Shown: piece by piece, positions 43,541 through 52,683 of the stretch
Numbering within the stretch: the first letter of the stretch is position 1
Layout of the letters: every line of letters starts with the position of its first letter
IMG/VR virus record: IMGVR_UViG_3300014502_000005
Coordinates: 12,237 to 76,236 of that record
Source: a virus
Reading direction: 5' to 3' (one strand)
DNA: 64,000 nucleotides
Made by a program: the position numbers and the translations under genes
Notes under the pieces: generated by a model
Told to the model about the DNA's origin: nothing
Databases searched by the model: none
The model's input: the letters and a program-made list of their open reading frames with translations, nothing else

Positions 43541-43636
43541 ATGATTACGAACGATGTTTTAAAAATGGGTCAAATCGATCCTCCTCCACCGCCTCCTCCA
43601 CCATCAAGTCCTAGACCTAAAAAACCTAGGCATTGA
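43541..43636 (+). CDS. 31-aa polyproline peptide (absent from the ORF track)
   Basis: MITNDVLKMGQIDPPPPPPPPSSPRPKKPRH; mixed Pro codons; stop overlaps the next start. Confidence 0.5.
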   Translation: MITNDVLKMGQIDPPPPPPPPSSPRPKKPRH

Positions 43637-44016
43637 AATTAAGGATATGGAAGCGAATAGATTTGGTAGATTTAATTGGGATAATCCCTCCAATTTTATT
43701 TATTGTAATAATAAGCATATTTCATTATAAAAGCAATCCATCCGGCGGATGGTCTGTCGTATGGGTTTTAAGCGAGAATATGCTTTTATTGTCCATGTCT
43801 TTAACAATTATAGTGCTGTCTTATTCAGGTATTTTAAGGAATTTTTTTAAATACGTATTTGCCCCTTACTTTTTGGTAAAGTGTATTTATCATATATTTT
43901 GTTATTTACAGATATATATTATGCCTTATGATGCTTGGAAGAAATTTTGGATTGGGATTATCTTTTTAATATTTATATTAGGTTTTATAATTATTCTATA
44001 CAAACATGATAAGTAG
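43633..44016 (+). CDS. membrane protein
   Basis: about four hydrophobic segments. Confidence 0.55.
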   Translation: MKLRIWKRIDLVDLIGIIPPILFIVIISIFHYKSNPSGGWSVVWVLSENMLLLSMSLTIIVLSYSGILRNFFKYVFAPYFLVKCIYHIFCYLQIYIMPYDAWKKFWIGIIFLIFILGFIIILYKHDK

Positions 44017-44413
44017 TGCCATTAAAGCCTGTATAGGCTATTTTATAGGAGTTGTAATATGCATTCTTTTTATGCTATTAATCGGAAGATTAAATGATTT
44101 ACAATTTAATACATTGATTACGCCAACAATTGTCGGGTTTATTGGTTCTCTATTATTATGGTATAATGACTATACCAAGAAATTAAAAAAAGAAGAGCTT
44201 TCGGAAATAGACCGAAAAATTGCTTGTAAAGCGGAGGAAAAAATGGTACTCGATTTAAGGGATGATTTAAAATTAAAAGCCGATATAAAAGACATTACAT
44301 ATATACATAATGTATTAGAAAGAATAGTAATTAGAGAAGAGGCTAATGACAAGTCTCATGAAGAGATGCATAAGATGATTATTGAGATATGGCAATCTAT
44401 TATTAATAAATAG
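44006..44413 (+). CDS. membrane protein with coiled C-terminus
   Basis: two hydrophobic segments followed by a charged helix. Confidence 0.55.
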   Translation: MISSAIKACIGYFIGVVICILFMLLIGRLNDLQFNTLITPTIVGFIGSLLLWYNDYTKKLKKEELSEIDRKIACKAEEKMVLDLRDDLKLKADIKDITYIHNVLERIVIREEANDKSHEEMHKMIIEIWQSIINK

Positions 44414-44421
44414 AAGAAATA

Positions 44422-44856
44422 ATGAATATTCGTATAGACCGATTGACTTTTGAAGAAGAATATACAATGGGGAGGGTGTTCATTAATGACGATTTTATAT
44501 GTAATTCTCTTGAAGATAAGGTTCGTGAGTTAGGAAAAAACGGTGAAGGTAAAGTTCCCGAAAAAACAGCTATCCCTGCGGAAAAGTATAAATTTAGGAT
44601 TACATTCTGGCCTAAATATCAAATTTGGACACCCGCACTAATAGATGTTCCGTTTTTTACCGGTATACGGTTACATTCAGGACGAAATGCAGAAGATACG
44701 CATGGGTGCATATTAATAGGGCAAAATACATTTGAGGGAAAACTAGAACATGGGTATAATACTTTTGAAAATTTCATGAAATATTTTAACAAAAATGAAA
44801 ATGGTACGTATAATGATACTCTATACGAAATTGACATAATAAATAAAAAAGAGTAG
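44422..44856 (+). CDS. DUF5675-family putative peptidoglycan peptidase (endolysin)
   Basis: T.G.......C.SLED, TAIPA..Y and GIRLHSGR...DTHGCILIG motifs. Confidence 0.75.
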   Translation: MNIRIDRLTFEEEYTMGRVFINDDFICNSLEDKVRELGKNGEGKVPEKTAIPAEKYKFRITFWPKYQIWTPALIDVPFFTGIRLHSGRNAEDTHGCILIGQNTFEGKLEHGYNTFENFMKYFNKNENGTYNDTLYEIDIINKKE

Positions 44857-44858
44857 CC

Positions 44859-45557
44859 ATGAAAATAACTAAGTATGAATTAATCGTAACTATAATTTTG
44901 GTTGTGATATTTTTTTTCTTTATAAAAGGTATTATTTCAAATAACAAAAAACTTAAAGAAATAAAGAATTTGTATGAAACATCTCAGGACAGTACGCTTG
45001 TTTATCGAAATAAACTAGGACAACAAGTAGCTCATTCTTCTGTTCTAGAAACTTCTAATCAGAAATACTTACTTCAACTTAAAACAAATGATGCCCTTAT
45101 TTTAGAACTACAACAATTATTAAAACAAGAAACTAAAAAAAGGCATGATATTGAAGTTGCTATCATAGTTAAAAGCAAAATCATATCTCATCTTGAAGAT
45201 TCGTTAACAAATGTTATAACTGGGCAAACAATAGAACATAAAGGCGATAGCACTTTTATTTATCCTATTTATAAGCATGTAGTAAAAGACGACTGGACTT
45301 ATGAAATGATTCAGATAGGGAAAAGCTATTTTTGGAGGGACTTGACTGTAAGAAATGATTATAATATAGTAATAGGAAGCGAACCGGCAGGACTATTTAA
45401 GCGCAAACAATTTGCTGAGATAACTAATTTAAATCCAAATGCCGAAACAGGAGCAATGAAAGTTTACCAGAAAAAAGAGGCTAAAAGCGACTTCTTTCCG
45501 CTTGTAATAGGAGGCTTAACAGGATCGTTAATTATGTTTTTGATAAAGTCCTTATAG
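44859..45557 (+). CDS. putative spanin-like membrane protein
   Basis: hydrophobic segments at both ends, coiled-coil region, follows the endolysin. Confidence 0.4.
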   Translation: MKITKYELIVTIILVVIFFFFIKGIISNNKKLKEIKNLYETSQDSTLVYRNKLGQQVAHSSVLETSNQKYLLQLKTNDALILELQQLLKQETKKRHDIEVAIIVKSKIISHLEDSLTNVITGQTIEHKGDSTFIYPIYKHVVKDDWTYEMIQIGKSYFWRDLTVRNDYNIVIGSEPAGLFKRKQFAEITNLNPNAETGAMKVYQKKEAKSDFFPLVIGGLTGSLIMFLIKSL

Positions 45558-45633
45558 TTTCAAAACAATCTTTAAAAACTTTCCGATTTTAGTGTATCAA
45601 TTGACTTATAATCAATTCAAATTTAGTACTTAC

Positions 45634-45655
45634 GTATATATAGTAGTTATGTGGC
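45634..45655 (+). other. attI-like site A (diverged)
   Basis: GTATATATAGTAG|TTATGTGGC; GTTATGTGGC is complementary to GCCACATAAC at 46130. Confidence 0.6.
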
Positions 45656-45656
45656 A

Positions 45657-46091
45657 TTAAAAGAGCCACGCTTTGACAATTTCGTATAGGTTTAATTTTA
45701 AGTGATACGAATTAATTATCACGAAAACTCCAAATACAAGTCCGATAACTGAATTTACCCAATGTAATGCCGTATATGCTGGGCTAAATTTAAACAGCTT
45801 ACTTATTGGAGCTATTGCAATAAAATTAAAAGCAATTATCGCAATAAAAGCAACCCAATTAAAAGTTAATAAACCTGCAAACATCCATAAGGTAAATAGT
45901 AAACTTGGAAGTCCTCGACTAATTAAAACGTCTTTGTAATCTTGCGGATATTCATCCCACTTTTTGCCTTTGTTTTGCTTATTAAGCTCTTTAAATTTTT
46001 TAGATTTTTCAGTGTATTCAACTGGGCTTATTAGCCAAAGAACTTCATGTATTATAAAGCAAATTCCGATAAAATAAAAAATGTGTTTCAT
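45657..46091 (-). CDS. membrane protein, cassette A1
   Basis: about four hydrophobic segments; likely start MKHIF at 46091. Confidence 0.65.
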   Translation of the reverse strand: MKHIFYFIGICFIIHEVLWLISPVEYTEKSKKFKELNKQNKGKKWDEYPQDYKDVLISRGLPSLLFTLWMFAGLLTFNWVAFIAIIAFNFIAIAPISKLFKFSPAYTALHWVNSVIGLVFGVFVIINSYHLKLNLYEIVKAWLF

Positions 46092-46129
46092 TGTTATAAT
46101 TTTTAAGTTATTAATATTCAATAATTAAC

Positions 46130-46268
46130 GCCACATAACCCGCGGTCATACGCAAAACGGGGTTTCCGTTCTCGTTGGATAAGGTATCTGTTTGCAAAGT
46201 GTCGTTCATCGTATTTAGTTTATCTGTTAATAATCCCCGTTCAGCGCATACCGCCACCGTTATAGGGC
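46130..46268 (+). repeat. attC-like hairpin A1
   Basis: AAC-CC-GCGGT(C)ATACGCAAAACGGGG...CCCCGTTCAGCGCATACCGC-CACC-GTT. Confidence 0.8.
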
Positions 46269-46463
46269 ATTTAAAACAAGCTTCGGTTCAAGTTCAGTAA
46301 ATGCCTCGACTGTTATACCTTCTTTTAATTGCCATTCAGCATCATCATAGTATTCAATAGAATACACATAATTGTTATAAACTTTAATTATGCACATATA
46401 ATGAATACCATTGTAATTAGGCTCATTTTCTGGATATTTTTTAAAAACTTCATTTATATTCAT
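46260..46463 (-). CDS. hypothetical protein, cassette A2
   Basis: stop codon lies in the core GTTA. Confidence 0.6.
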   Translation of the reverse strand: MNINEVFKKYPENEPNYNGIHYMCIIKVYNNYVYSIEYYDDAEWQLKEGITVEAFTELEPKLVLNAL

Positions 46464-46518
46464 AACTTAAAAATAAACACCCTATAACAATAGGTCATAA
46501 AACAGCAGGGCGTATTTG

Positions 46519-46980
46519 CTATTCGTAACCTTTTGCATCTAATTGATGTAGTCTTTCTCGATATTTGTTTTTTAAATATCCTTTCTTTTGAAAAAACAAA
46601 TCCCAATTTGCTGTATATTTATGGTCTTCATTATAAGCTTCTCGATGATCAGAATCCCCATGGTCTAATAGCCTATGTTCCTCTGGAGACATAAGCATGA
46701 TGTTTTCTTCTTCTATTATAAATAGAGGGTAATTTTTTTTATCTAGTACATGCGCGAACAGCCAAATAAAAAAAGGTGTATTGTAGTATTTATCTAAAGG
46801 CCCTCCGCTTAATTCTGACACGTGAGGCCTAGTATTCCATATTTGGTCAAATAATGCTAATTGGCCTGTATTCTTAGGAAGGATGACTTTTTTAATTTTA
46901 GGCTTCCATTTGTAATGAAACTTACAAATACCATGACTGAAAACAGGATTGCTACAATTTGGATGAGTGCAAATTTTCAT
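46519..46980 (-). CDS. HNH-like nuclease-related protein
   Basis: N-terminal CxxxxC...CxxH; AHVL...ENIMLM...EH. Confidence 0.5.
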   Translation of the reverse strand: MKICTHPNCSNPVFSHGICKFHYKWKPKIKKVILPKNTGQLALFDQIWNTRPHVSELSGGPLDKYYNTPFFIWLFAHVLDKKNYPLFIIEEENIMLMSPEEHRLLDHGDSDHREAYNEDHKYTANWDLFFQKKGYLKNKYRERLHQLDAKGYE

Positions 46981-47306
46981 TTAATAGCTGGTCTATGATA
47001 ACAACTATAGGTAGGCATTAAATCTGATCCTAATCTTATTTCATGATATAAGATAGGGCTTATATTAGTAATTGTGATGTACTTATCTTTATCTATATTT
47101 AATATCCCCCACAAAATACCGTCTGAAGAGATTAAAAAATCGGATATATGTATTGGAGCATCTAGTTTTATTTTTAATGTATATATCCATTTTACTTCCG
47201 GAATTATTTTGAATATTTTACAAACTATACGTTGAATGAAAGTCAAGTTTAATACCTTAACTATACCTTCGGTATTTTGATAAGTTATTTTAAAAATGTT
47301 TTCCAT
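46977..47306 (-). CDS. hypothetical protein
   Basis: ORF in a tightly packed operon. Confidence 0.5.
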   Translation of the reverse strand: MENIFKITYQNTEGIVKVLNLTFIQRIVCKIFKIIPEVKWIYTLKIKLDAPIHISDFLISSDGILWGILNIDKDKYITITNISPILYHEIRLGSDLMPTYSCYHRPAIK

Positions 47307-47312
47307 AAATAT

Positions 47313-47603
47313 TTAATTTTTATTTATTGGTTTAAAATTATCAATGTTAATTTTATTTATGTTAATCAAATCGTCACTAATCAGTCCTTTTCTAAGTAAA
47401 AATTTAACTTTCCATTTAACAACATCTCTTTTAGCTTTACTTAATTTACTTGTCTTATTTTGAATCAATTTATATTCCTGAATGACATCGAGAACGTCTT
47501 TGTCTATTTCTTGTTTTTGTTCTATTTGTTCCTGTTTTGGTATCAACCAAAATACGGCGAATATTACGCCCATTGCCGTTATTAATAGTAGAAACGTCGT
47601 CAT
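47313..47603 (-). CDS. hypothetical membrane-anchored protein
   Basis: N-terminal hydrophobic segment. Confidence 0.55.
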   Translation of the reverse strand: MTTFLLLITAMGVIFAVFWLIPKQEQIEQKQEIDKDVLDVIQEYKLIQNKTSKLSKAKRDVVKWKVKFLLRKGLISDDLININKINIDNFKPINKN

Positions 47604-47605
47604 AT

Positions 47606-47788
47606 TTATTTTAATAAAATGTTAACTCCTCGTTTTTTTGGGATTACTTTTCCTAGTACTTCTTCTATTTCTTCGTTTGTAACACATTCGTGCTTGTTAC
47701 AAAGTCCAACTTTATAATTATTAGTATCTCTAATAATAGTGGCTTTACTTAAGCAATAAGCACAAAGTTCCTTAGTTATTTCTAGCAT
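47606..47788 (-). CDS. small putative Zn-binding protein
   Basis: CxxC...CxxxxC. Confidence 0.45.
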   Translation of the reverse strand: MLEITKELCAYCLSKATIIRDTNNYKVGLCNKHECVTNEEIEEVLGKVIPKKRGVNILLK

Positions 47789-48009
47789 TTAAATAAATCT
47801 TGTATAGTTACTTTTTCGCTTTCGGGAGCTATCTCCCATTCTAAAAAGTCTTTTTCAGTTACTTCTACAGGGCAAACAGGACTTAGCCCGTATCTTTTAG
47901 TGCTTAGGATAACGCCTGTTTCGAAAAACCCTTTAAATATTCCTATTTTGCCTGTTTTAGGGTCAATAACCTTGGCGTTATAGGGGTCTTTTAAATCTTT
48001 TATTTGCAT
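47782..48009 (-). CDS. hypothetical protein
   Basis: TAACTTTG motif upstream (48021-48028, minus strand). Confidence 0.55.
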   Translation of the reverse strand: MQIKDLKDPYNAKVIDPKTGKIGIFKGFFETGVILSTKRYGLSPVCPVEVTEKDFLEWEIAPESEKVTIQDLFKC

Positions 48010-48077
48010 TGATTTTTATTCAAAGTTAAATAGTATGTGGGTAATAATAAAATAATAAGATATGTTGTGCAACACTT

Positions 48078-49361
48078 TTAGAATTTAAGTCCTATTTTTT
48101 CTGATTTATCTAGTTCTTCTTGCACTTTATCTAGTATTCTTGTATTAAACACAAGATCATGTCCTTTAATTTGTTCTACGCATTTAATTATCTTTTTATA
48201 ACAATCTTCTAGCGAATCTCCAGCAGCGACTATGTCTAACGCTTCTGAAGATTGAGAAGGCTGAGGAATTAGGTAATACGTTCCTTTAGATTTCATTCCA
48301 AAACGAAACTTAACGTTATTTCTTATTTCTTCTGGGAAGTAAATGGGCAAAAAATTTTCTCTGAGGAAATCTGAATTACCAATTAGGATCACTCCATATT
48401 CATGAGTAAATTCAGGTTGAATTAAAATACCTTCTGCCCCAGACCAAATTATTTGGGCTAAGTTTTTTATCATTATTAATTGTAATGACAAGGGGGGTGC
48501 TCCGGCCCTACAGGTCTGATCTATAACGTAAGGGACTTTCTTTTTATCTATCCTAATTTCATTAGAATAAAAGTTACAATATTGTTTTTCCTTAAAATAC
48601 CAAGACAAATTATCGGTACATAATTTTATTGGTTTTGGCAATTTAGCGTATTCAAATACTTTTGCTGCATAACATTGGTCCTTAATCTCGATACCGCTCA
48701 ATACCTTGTCAGGTATTTGGCCGTCTATAATAATAGTATCTATACCAGTTTCTACAATACAATCAACAGGAGTTTCTACAATAAATTCTGTTATCTCTTT
48801 TATGGCCCCTAGCTCATTTTCAAGATGAGTTAATAACGGTTCTGATAGTTTATAGGTATCGTGCTTAAAACTCTCAAACAAACCTCTCCAATGGGATATT
48901 TTAATATAAAGTTTATCATGTGATTTTAAGTATTCTTTTAATTTAGTTATGCCTTTTATTTTGATGGTTTTATTTACAGGCATATTGCTTTTGGTCATTA
49001 TTCTTTTAGAATCATATCGATCTAATTCTAGCCATTGGCCTTCGCCAGAACCAAACACCCGCTTACCCATAGATCGAAGCAATCTTTCTATGTCCGAAAA
49101 GTAAAGTTCGGGGAAAATGAAAATATCAACTTTATCGAAATTGTAGTCTGAATTTTTATCTGAAGTAGAAAATAAGTAATCAATAGAATTTATTTCTTCA
49201 AATCCTACGCCAGATAATTCAGGAAATCTATCGGGGAACCCTCCGTAATTCCAAGGTGTAAAATAGTAAACTTTTTGGAATAATTTAGATAACGTGATAG
49301 CTAATTCTACGAACAGGCCGCAATCACAAACAACGGCTATTTTATTTTTTAAATTTTCCAT
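48078..49361 (-). CDS. ATP-grasp ligase, distantly PurD-like
   Basis: VFGSG...LELDR..SK, YIK, FIVE and YVIDQTCRAGAP motifs. Confidence 0.6.
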   Translation of the reverse strand: MENLKNKIAVVCDCGLFVELAITLSKLFQKVYYFTPWNYGGFPDRFPELSGVGFEEINSIDYLFSTSDKNSDYNFDKVDIFIFPELYFSDIERLLRSMGKRVFGSGEGQWLELDRYDSKRIMTKSNMPVNKTIKIKGITKLKEYLKSHDKLYIKISHWRGLFESFKHDTYKLSEPLLTHLENELGAIKEITEFIVETPVDCIVETGIDTIIIDGQIPDKVLSGIEIKDQCYAAKVFEYAKLPKPIKLCTDNLSWYFKEKQYCNFYSNEIRIDKKKVPYVIDQTCRAGAPPLSLQLIMIKNLAQIIWSGAEGILIQPEFTHEYGVILIGNSDFLRENFLPIYFPEEIRNNVKFRFGMKSKGTYYLIPQPSQSSEALDIVAAGDSLEDCYKKIIKCVEQIKGHDLVFNTRILDKVQEELDKSEKIGLKF

Positions 49362-49741
49362 TATATTTCATAATTTTCGTAATAATCACTCCATTCCAAT
49401 CCCATCTCATAACATAATTGCCTTTCTATATTTTCAGCAAAACGATGTTCTCGACGATATATGCAATCTGGCTCATTACCTGCATCGTCTGCCTTTCCGC
49501 CAACTTCTTGAACCTTTCTATCAAACGCATCTATGTCCTCCTCTTTAATCCCTCTCATATTTGTCAAGTGTTGTTCTATCATCTCGTGAAGTGCAATTAG
49601 CCAAGCATGATCATAAGAGGCTTCATCTTTTAAGTATGCCTTAATTATTATAACATCTTTATTTACAAAATAGTAGTCTCCAATGCCGCCATTTCTTATC
49701 TCATTAGGATTATTTGTAAATTGTATACGTATTTCTTTCAT
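49361..49741 (-). CDS. hypothetical protein with HExxE motif
   Basis: GDYY, LHEMIE and YRREHRFAE; start abuts and is coupled to the ATP-grasp gene. Confidence 0.55.
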   Translation of the reverse strand: MKEIRIQFTNNPNEIRNGGIGDYYFVNKDVIIIKAYLKDEASYDHAWLIALHEMIEQHLTNMRGIKEEDIDAFDRKVQEVGGKADDAGNEPDCIYRREHRFAENIERQLCYEMGLEWSDYYENYEI

Positions 49742-49760
49742 CTAGCAAAGGTATGTATTT

Positions 49761-50279
49761 TTATATTGGATTTATGCACCCAAAAGTTTCTATCATTATC
49801 CTGTCTATAGACCAATGCAAAGTCTGGCCATCTTTATGTAAGTGTAAAAGGTTATTAGTAGGTGTTTTTTTAGATCCTTTCATTAAGATTGTTTTGCCTG
49901 ATTTCCTTTTTATCATTCTCGTCATACTTCTTACGTTTCTTAGTGTAGAAACTTGATAATATCCTTCATAGCCAGGAATATCTTTCCAAGTTTCCTTTAG
50001 GATATTTTTTAAGTTTTCTATGTCTTCCGAATCCTTAGCATATAAGCTTGTCATTGCAATAACCTTTTTTATGGCTGCGTTTACAGAAGTTCGAGTTCTT
50101 CCTGCTAATTTTAGCCCTATCTCATCGTTTGACCCAACCTTAAACGCCTTACATAAAAACATTGCTTTTTGTCGGGCCTGGACTATTTCTCCTTTTTTTG
50201 TGGGAATGTTCAGCTCCCCAGGAACCATATTAAAGTATTTTTCAACTTCATTTTGTATTTTATCTATAGTTACTATCAT
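49761..50279 (-). CDS. DnaA C-terminal-like HTH fused to a NUMOD4 domain
   Basis: IVQARQKAMFL...EIG...RTSVNAAIKKV, then ETWKDIPGYEGYYQVS. Confidence 0.7.
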   Translation of the reverse strand: MIVTIDKIQNEVEKYFNMVPGELNIPTKKGEIVQARQKAMFLCKAFKVGSNDEIGLKLAGRTRTSVNAAIKKVIAMTSLYAKDSEDIENLKNILKETWKDIPGYEGYYQVSTLRNVRSMTRMIKRKSGKTILMKGSKKTPTNNLLHLHKDGQTLHWSIDRIMIETFGCINPI

Positions 50280-50283
50280 AAAT

Positions 50284-50340
50284 TAATATTTAAGTTTTTG
50301 ATCACAAATCTTTAAAATTTAATCGTGCACAATATTAATA
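50284..50340 (-). pseudogene. remnant of integrase 5' end
   Basis: translates HD*ILKICDQKLKY versus HDEILKICIQKLKY in 54473-55279, at the same distance from the attI-like core. Confidence 0.7.
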
Positions 50341-50341
50341 T

Positions 50342-50385
50342 TTAAATAATTATATGTAAAATTTTATATATAATAGTTATGTGTA
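50342..50385 (+). other. attI-like site B
   Basis: TTAAATAATTATATGTAAAATTTTATATATAATAG|TT differs at 2 positions from 55282-55318. Confidence 0.75.
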
Positions 50386-50388
50386 ACC

Positions 50389-50787
50389 TTAAACGGCTAC
50401 CGTGGATAGTCTTTCCTTAATCTGATTTGAGTTCAATATTTCGTCAAATCTAATAATAGAATCAATCATCCATTCATAACCACAAAAACCAGCAGAGTTT
50501 TTTCTTCTTTTATTGGCTTCTTTGGCATCAACTTGTTCAATCCTAACATTTGCACCCCAACCATCACCAAAGTTATAATAATGGCTTTTACTTGGTGGAG
50601 TATTACCAATTTCTCGTCTGGTAAAAAAGCCTTCATAAATCGGACTTGTTTTAGCATCTTCCATTATTTTGTCAGCAGTTTTATTGTCGAACTTTCTAAT
50701 AACAAAATATTTGCGTTCTGCGCCTGTCCATTTACCATTCCAACTACCTACATTTGGCATCGTTAATTCAAAAGATAATGTTTTCAT
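50389..50787 (-). CDS. hypothetical protein, cassette B1
   Basis: MPNVGSWNGKW...YNFGDGWGA...GFCGYEWM. Confidence 0.7.
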   Translation of the reverse strand: MKTLSFELTMPNVGSWNGKWTGAERKYFVIRKFDNKTADKIMEDAKTSPIYEGFFTRREIGNTPPSKSHYYNFGDGWGANVRIEQVDAKEANKRRKNSAGFCGYEWMIDSIIRFDEILNSNQIKERLSTVAV

Positions 50788-50826
50788 TTTTATAGTTTTA
50801 AGTTATTGATAATCATAATAAAAGGC

Positions 50827-50962
50827 TACACATAACACGCAATATAGTGCATGTGGGCTGTATCGGTTATTGAAAGTTTCTACATTCTATTATCGTTTGT
50901 GGTGGTTTGATAGGTCGGTGCTATTAATCCCACACGACACCATATTGCCACCGTTAGCGGTT
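50827..50962 (+). repeat. attC-like hairpin B1
   Basis: AAC-AC-GCAATATAGTGCATGTGGG...CCCACACGACACCATATTGC-CACC-GTT. Confidence 0.8.
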
Positions 50963-51325
50963 ATTAAGCCAGCCATACACCAACCTGCGAAATTCTGCAT
51001 CTGATTGTGTGCATCGTAATTTTTGAACATCTAATTTAGATAAGTCTGGACAATAAGCTGTTATTAATGCTTTCCAGCAATCCCTATAAGTTTGAGCCTT
51101 TGCATGAAATTTTATAGAATGTTGTTCCAATTTAGCTGTATCTCCAAGTTCATCGTATTTTCGTTGAAGTCCCTGCCAACTATTAATAAGTTCTTCAACT
51201 GCTTTTATTCGCAATTGCTTATTTAGTTCATTTATTTGCTCAGAATAACTAAGTTCAGACGTATCACAATTAACATCCGCCTTAATAGGCGTGTACCTTG
51301 TATTTTTAAGTTTGTGCGTTCCCAT
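50954..51325 (-). CDS. hypothetical protein, cassette B2
   Basis: stop codon in core GTTA. Confidence 0.6.
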   Translation of the reverse strand: MGTHKLKNTRYTPIKADVNCDTSELSYSEQINELNKQLRIKAVEELINSWQGLQRKYDELGDTAKLEQHSIKFHAKAQTYRDCWKALITAYCPDLSKLDVQKLRCTQSDAEFRRLVYGWLNNR

Positions 51326-51333
51326 AAATTTAA

Positions 51334-51618
51334 TTATTTAAAATATTCACACGTTTTACAAAAGTTTTTACTCTTAACAAAGCGACTGCACGCAGATTTA
51401 TATGGCCAATTACAGATTTTTATTTTAGTAATATCTCCATTAAACCTCCAAATCTGCTGCATGTGGTCAAACCAAATCTGTATATTATCAACAGAATAAT
51501 TGTTTTTTACGCAATATTCATCTATTTCACTTATAGTTGGTTCTTTATCAGTCATGCCTTCAATCCACATCTCATGCGGTTGAGTTCTATATGTTACATT
51601 TTCATCTTGTATATTCAT
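51334..51618 (-). CDS. hypothetical protein, cassette B2 (two-gene cassette)
   Basis: likely start MNIQDE; Cys-rich C-terminus. Confidence 0.6.
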   Translation of the reverse strand: MNIQDENVTYRTQPHEMWIEGMTDKEPTISEIDEYCVKNNYSVDNIQIWFDHMQQIWRFNGDITKIKICNWPYKSACSRFVKSKNFCKTCEYFK

Positions 51619-51646
51619 AATATTTTGATTTAAAATAAATAATAAC

Positions 51647-51743
51647 AACCGCTAACACCGTATATAAAACATGGCTTGACAGGTTCGTGCTTACTTGAAA
51701 CATTCGAGCAAAGCCACGTTTCATATACGAACCGTTAGTTGCC
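51647..51743 (+). repeat. attC-like hairpin B2
   Basis: AAC-AC-CGTATATAAAACATGGCTT...AAGCCACGTTTCATATACG-AACC-GTT. Confidence 0.85.
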
Positions 51744-52196
51744 ATTTAAAGAAACGTATTCATCGAGAAGTTCCAAAGCAACTTTAAGTTTATCGTAACC
51801 TATTTTTGAAATTACTTTATTGATAAATAAATCACGATTTGTAAAGTCAGCACCTTGTTGGTATAAGTGAAAATTAATAGGATAAAACTCTTCATCATCA
51901 CAATCATTTTCATCTAAATAACCCCCAAACGTTTCGCATAAATATCTTGCGATTTCAACTGAATTTCCCCACATTCCTAAACTTAACCAAACCCCTGCAA
52001 TACCGTTTTCACGTTCACAACTATTTGTAAAAGATATAGCAATGTTTCTTTTGTCTTTACCATCTTCAAAATTTACATACATGAAATCAGGTGCAGTTGC
52101 TCTAATTTCAGCATTACCATATTTTACAGCAATAGCATCTTTTATTTGCTCAATTGTTGTTCCTTTGCGAAGAATCGCTTTTGTATCTACTCCCAT
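51735..52196 (-). CDS. hypothetical protein, cassette B3
   Basis: likely start MGVDTK; stop codon in core GTTA. Confidence 0.65.
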   Translation of the reverse strand: MGVDTKAILRKGTTIEQIKDAIAVKYGNAEIRATAPDFMYVNFEDGKDKRNIAISFTNSCERENGIAGVWLSLGMWGNSVEIARYLCETFGGYLDENDCDDEEFYPINFHLYQQGADFTNRDLFINKVISKIGYDKLKVALELLDEYVSLNGN

Positions 52197-52238
52197 TGTT
52201 TTGTATTTTAAATTATTAATAATCAAATAAATAAAAAC

Positions 52239-52374
52239 GGAAACTAACACGTGCTATATGCCAGTTGGGTTTTATCGGTATTTGAATCGTTCTGCATCTA
52301 ATTTAGTTTTGTAAAGTTTGACAAATACGTGCTTCGTAATCCCAACCGGACACATAGCACCACCGTTAGCAAAC
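52239..52374 (+). repeat. attC-like hairpin B3
   Basis: AAC-AC-GTGCTATATGCCAGTTGGG...CCCAACCGGACACATAGCAC-CACC-GTT. Confidence 0.8.
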
Positions 52375-52377
52375 ATA

Positions 52378-52665
52378 TTAAGAGCCGAGTAATTTGATAC
52401 GAATCCACTTATAAAATGTGGTTGTGTCGGGTAAATAAAATTTGCCTTCGGGATGTGGATTTTCTTTCCTATATAAATCTTCTAAAGGTTTTAGTTCTTT
52501 AGTTGGTCGGGTAAATAGATTTTGTATTTGGTCACAATTTTGCTCAGAGTATTCATCCATTGCGGATAATAAGTTTTTTGATAAATATTCATTTTCAAAC
52601 TTAAACACTTCAAAATCAAATCCATTTCTATCTAATATTTGTTCTTTAGTTCTAATTTTTGCCAT
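52378..52665 (-). CDS. hypothetical protein
   Basis: 95-aa ORF downstream of dnaB. Confidence 0.6.
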   Translation of the reverse strand: MAKIRTKEQILDRNGFDFEVFKFENEYLSKNLLSAMDEYSEQNCDQIQNLFTRPTKELKPLEDLYRKENPHPEGKFYLPDTTTFYKWIRIKLLGS

Positions 52666-52683
52666 AATGTAAATATTTAAAGA

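Larger units (their letters stand above)
45647..46518 (+). mobile_element. cassette array A (2 cassettes, last site truncated)
   Basis: cassette ends GTTATGTGGC/GCCACATAAC and GTTATAGGGC/ACCCTATAAC. Confidence 0.7.
50377..52365 (+). mobile_element. cassette array B (3 cassettes)
   Basis: ends GTTATGTGTA/TACACATAAC, GTTAGCGGTT/AACCGCTAAC, GTTAGTTGCC/GGAAACTAAC. Confidence 0.8.
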
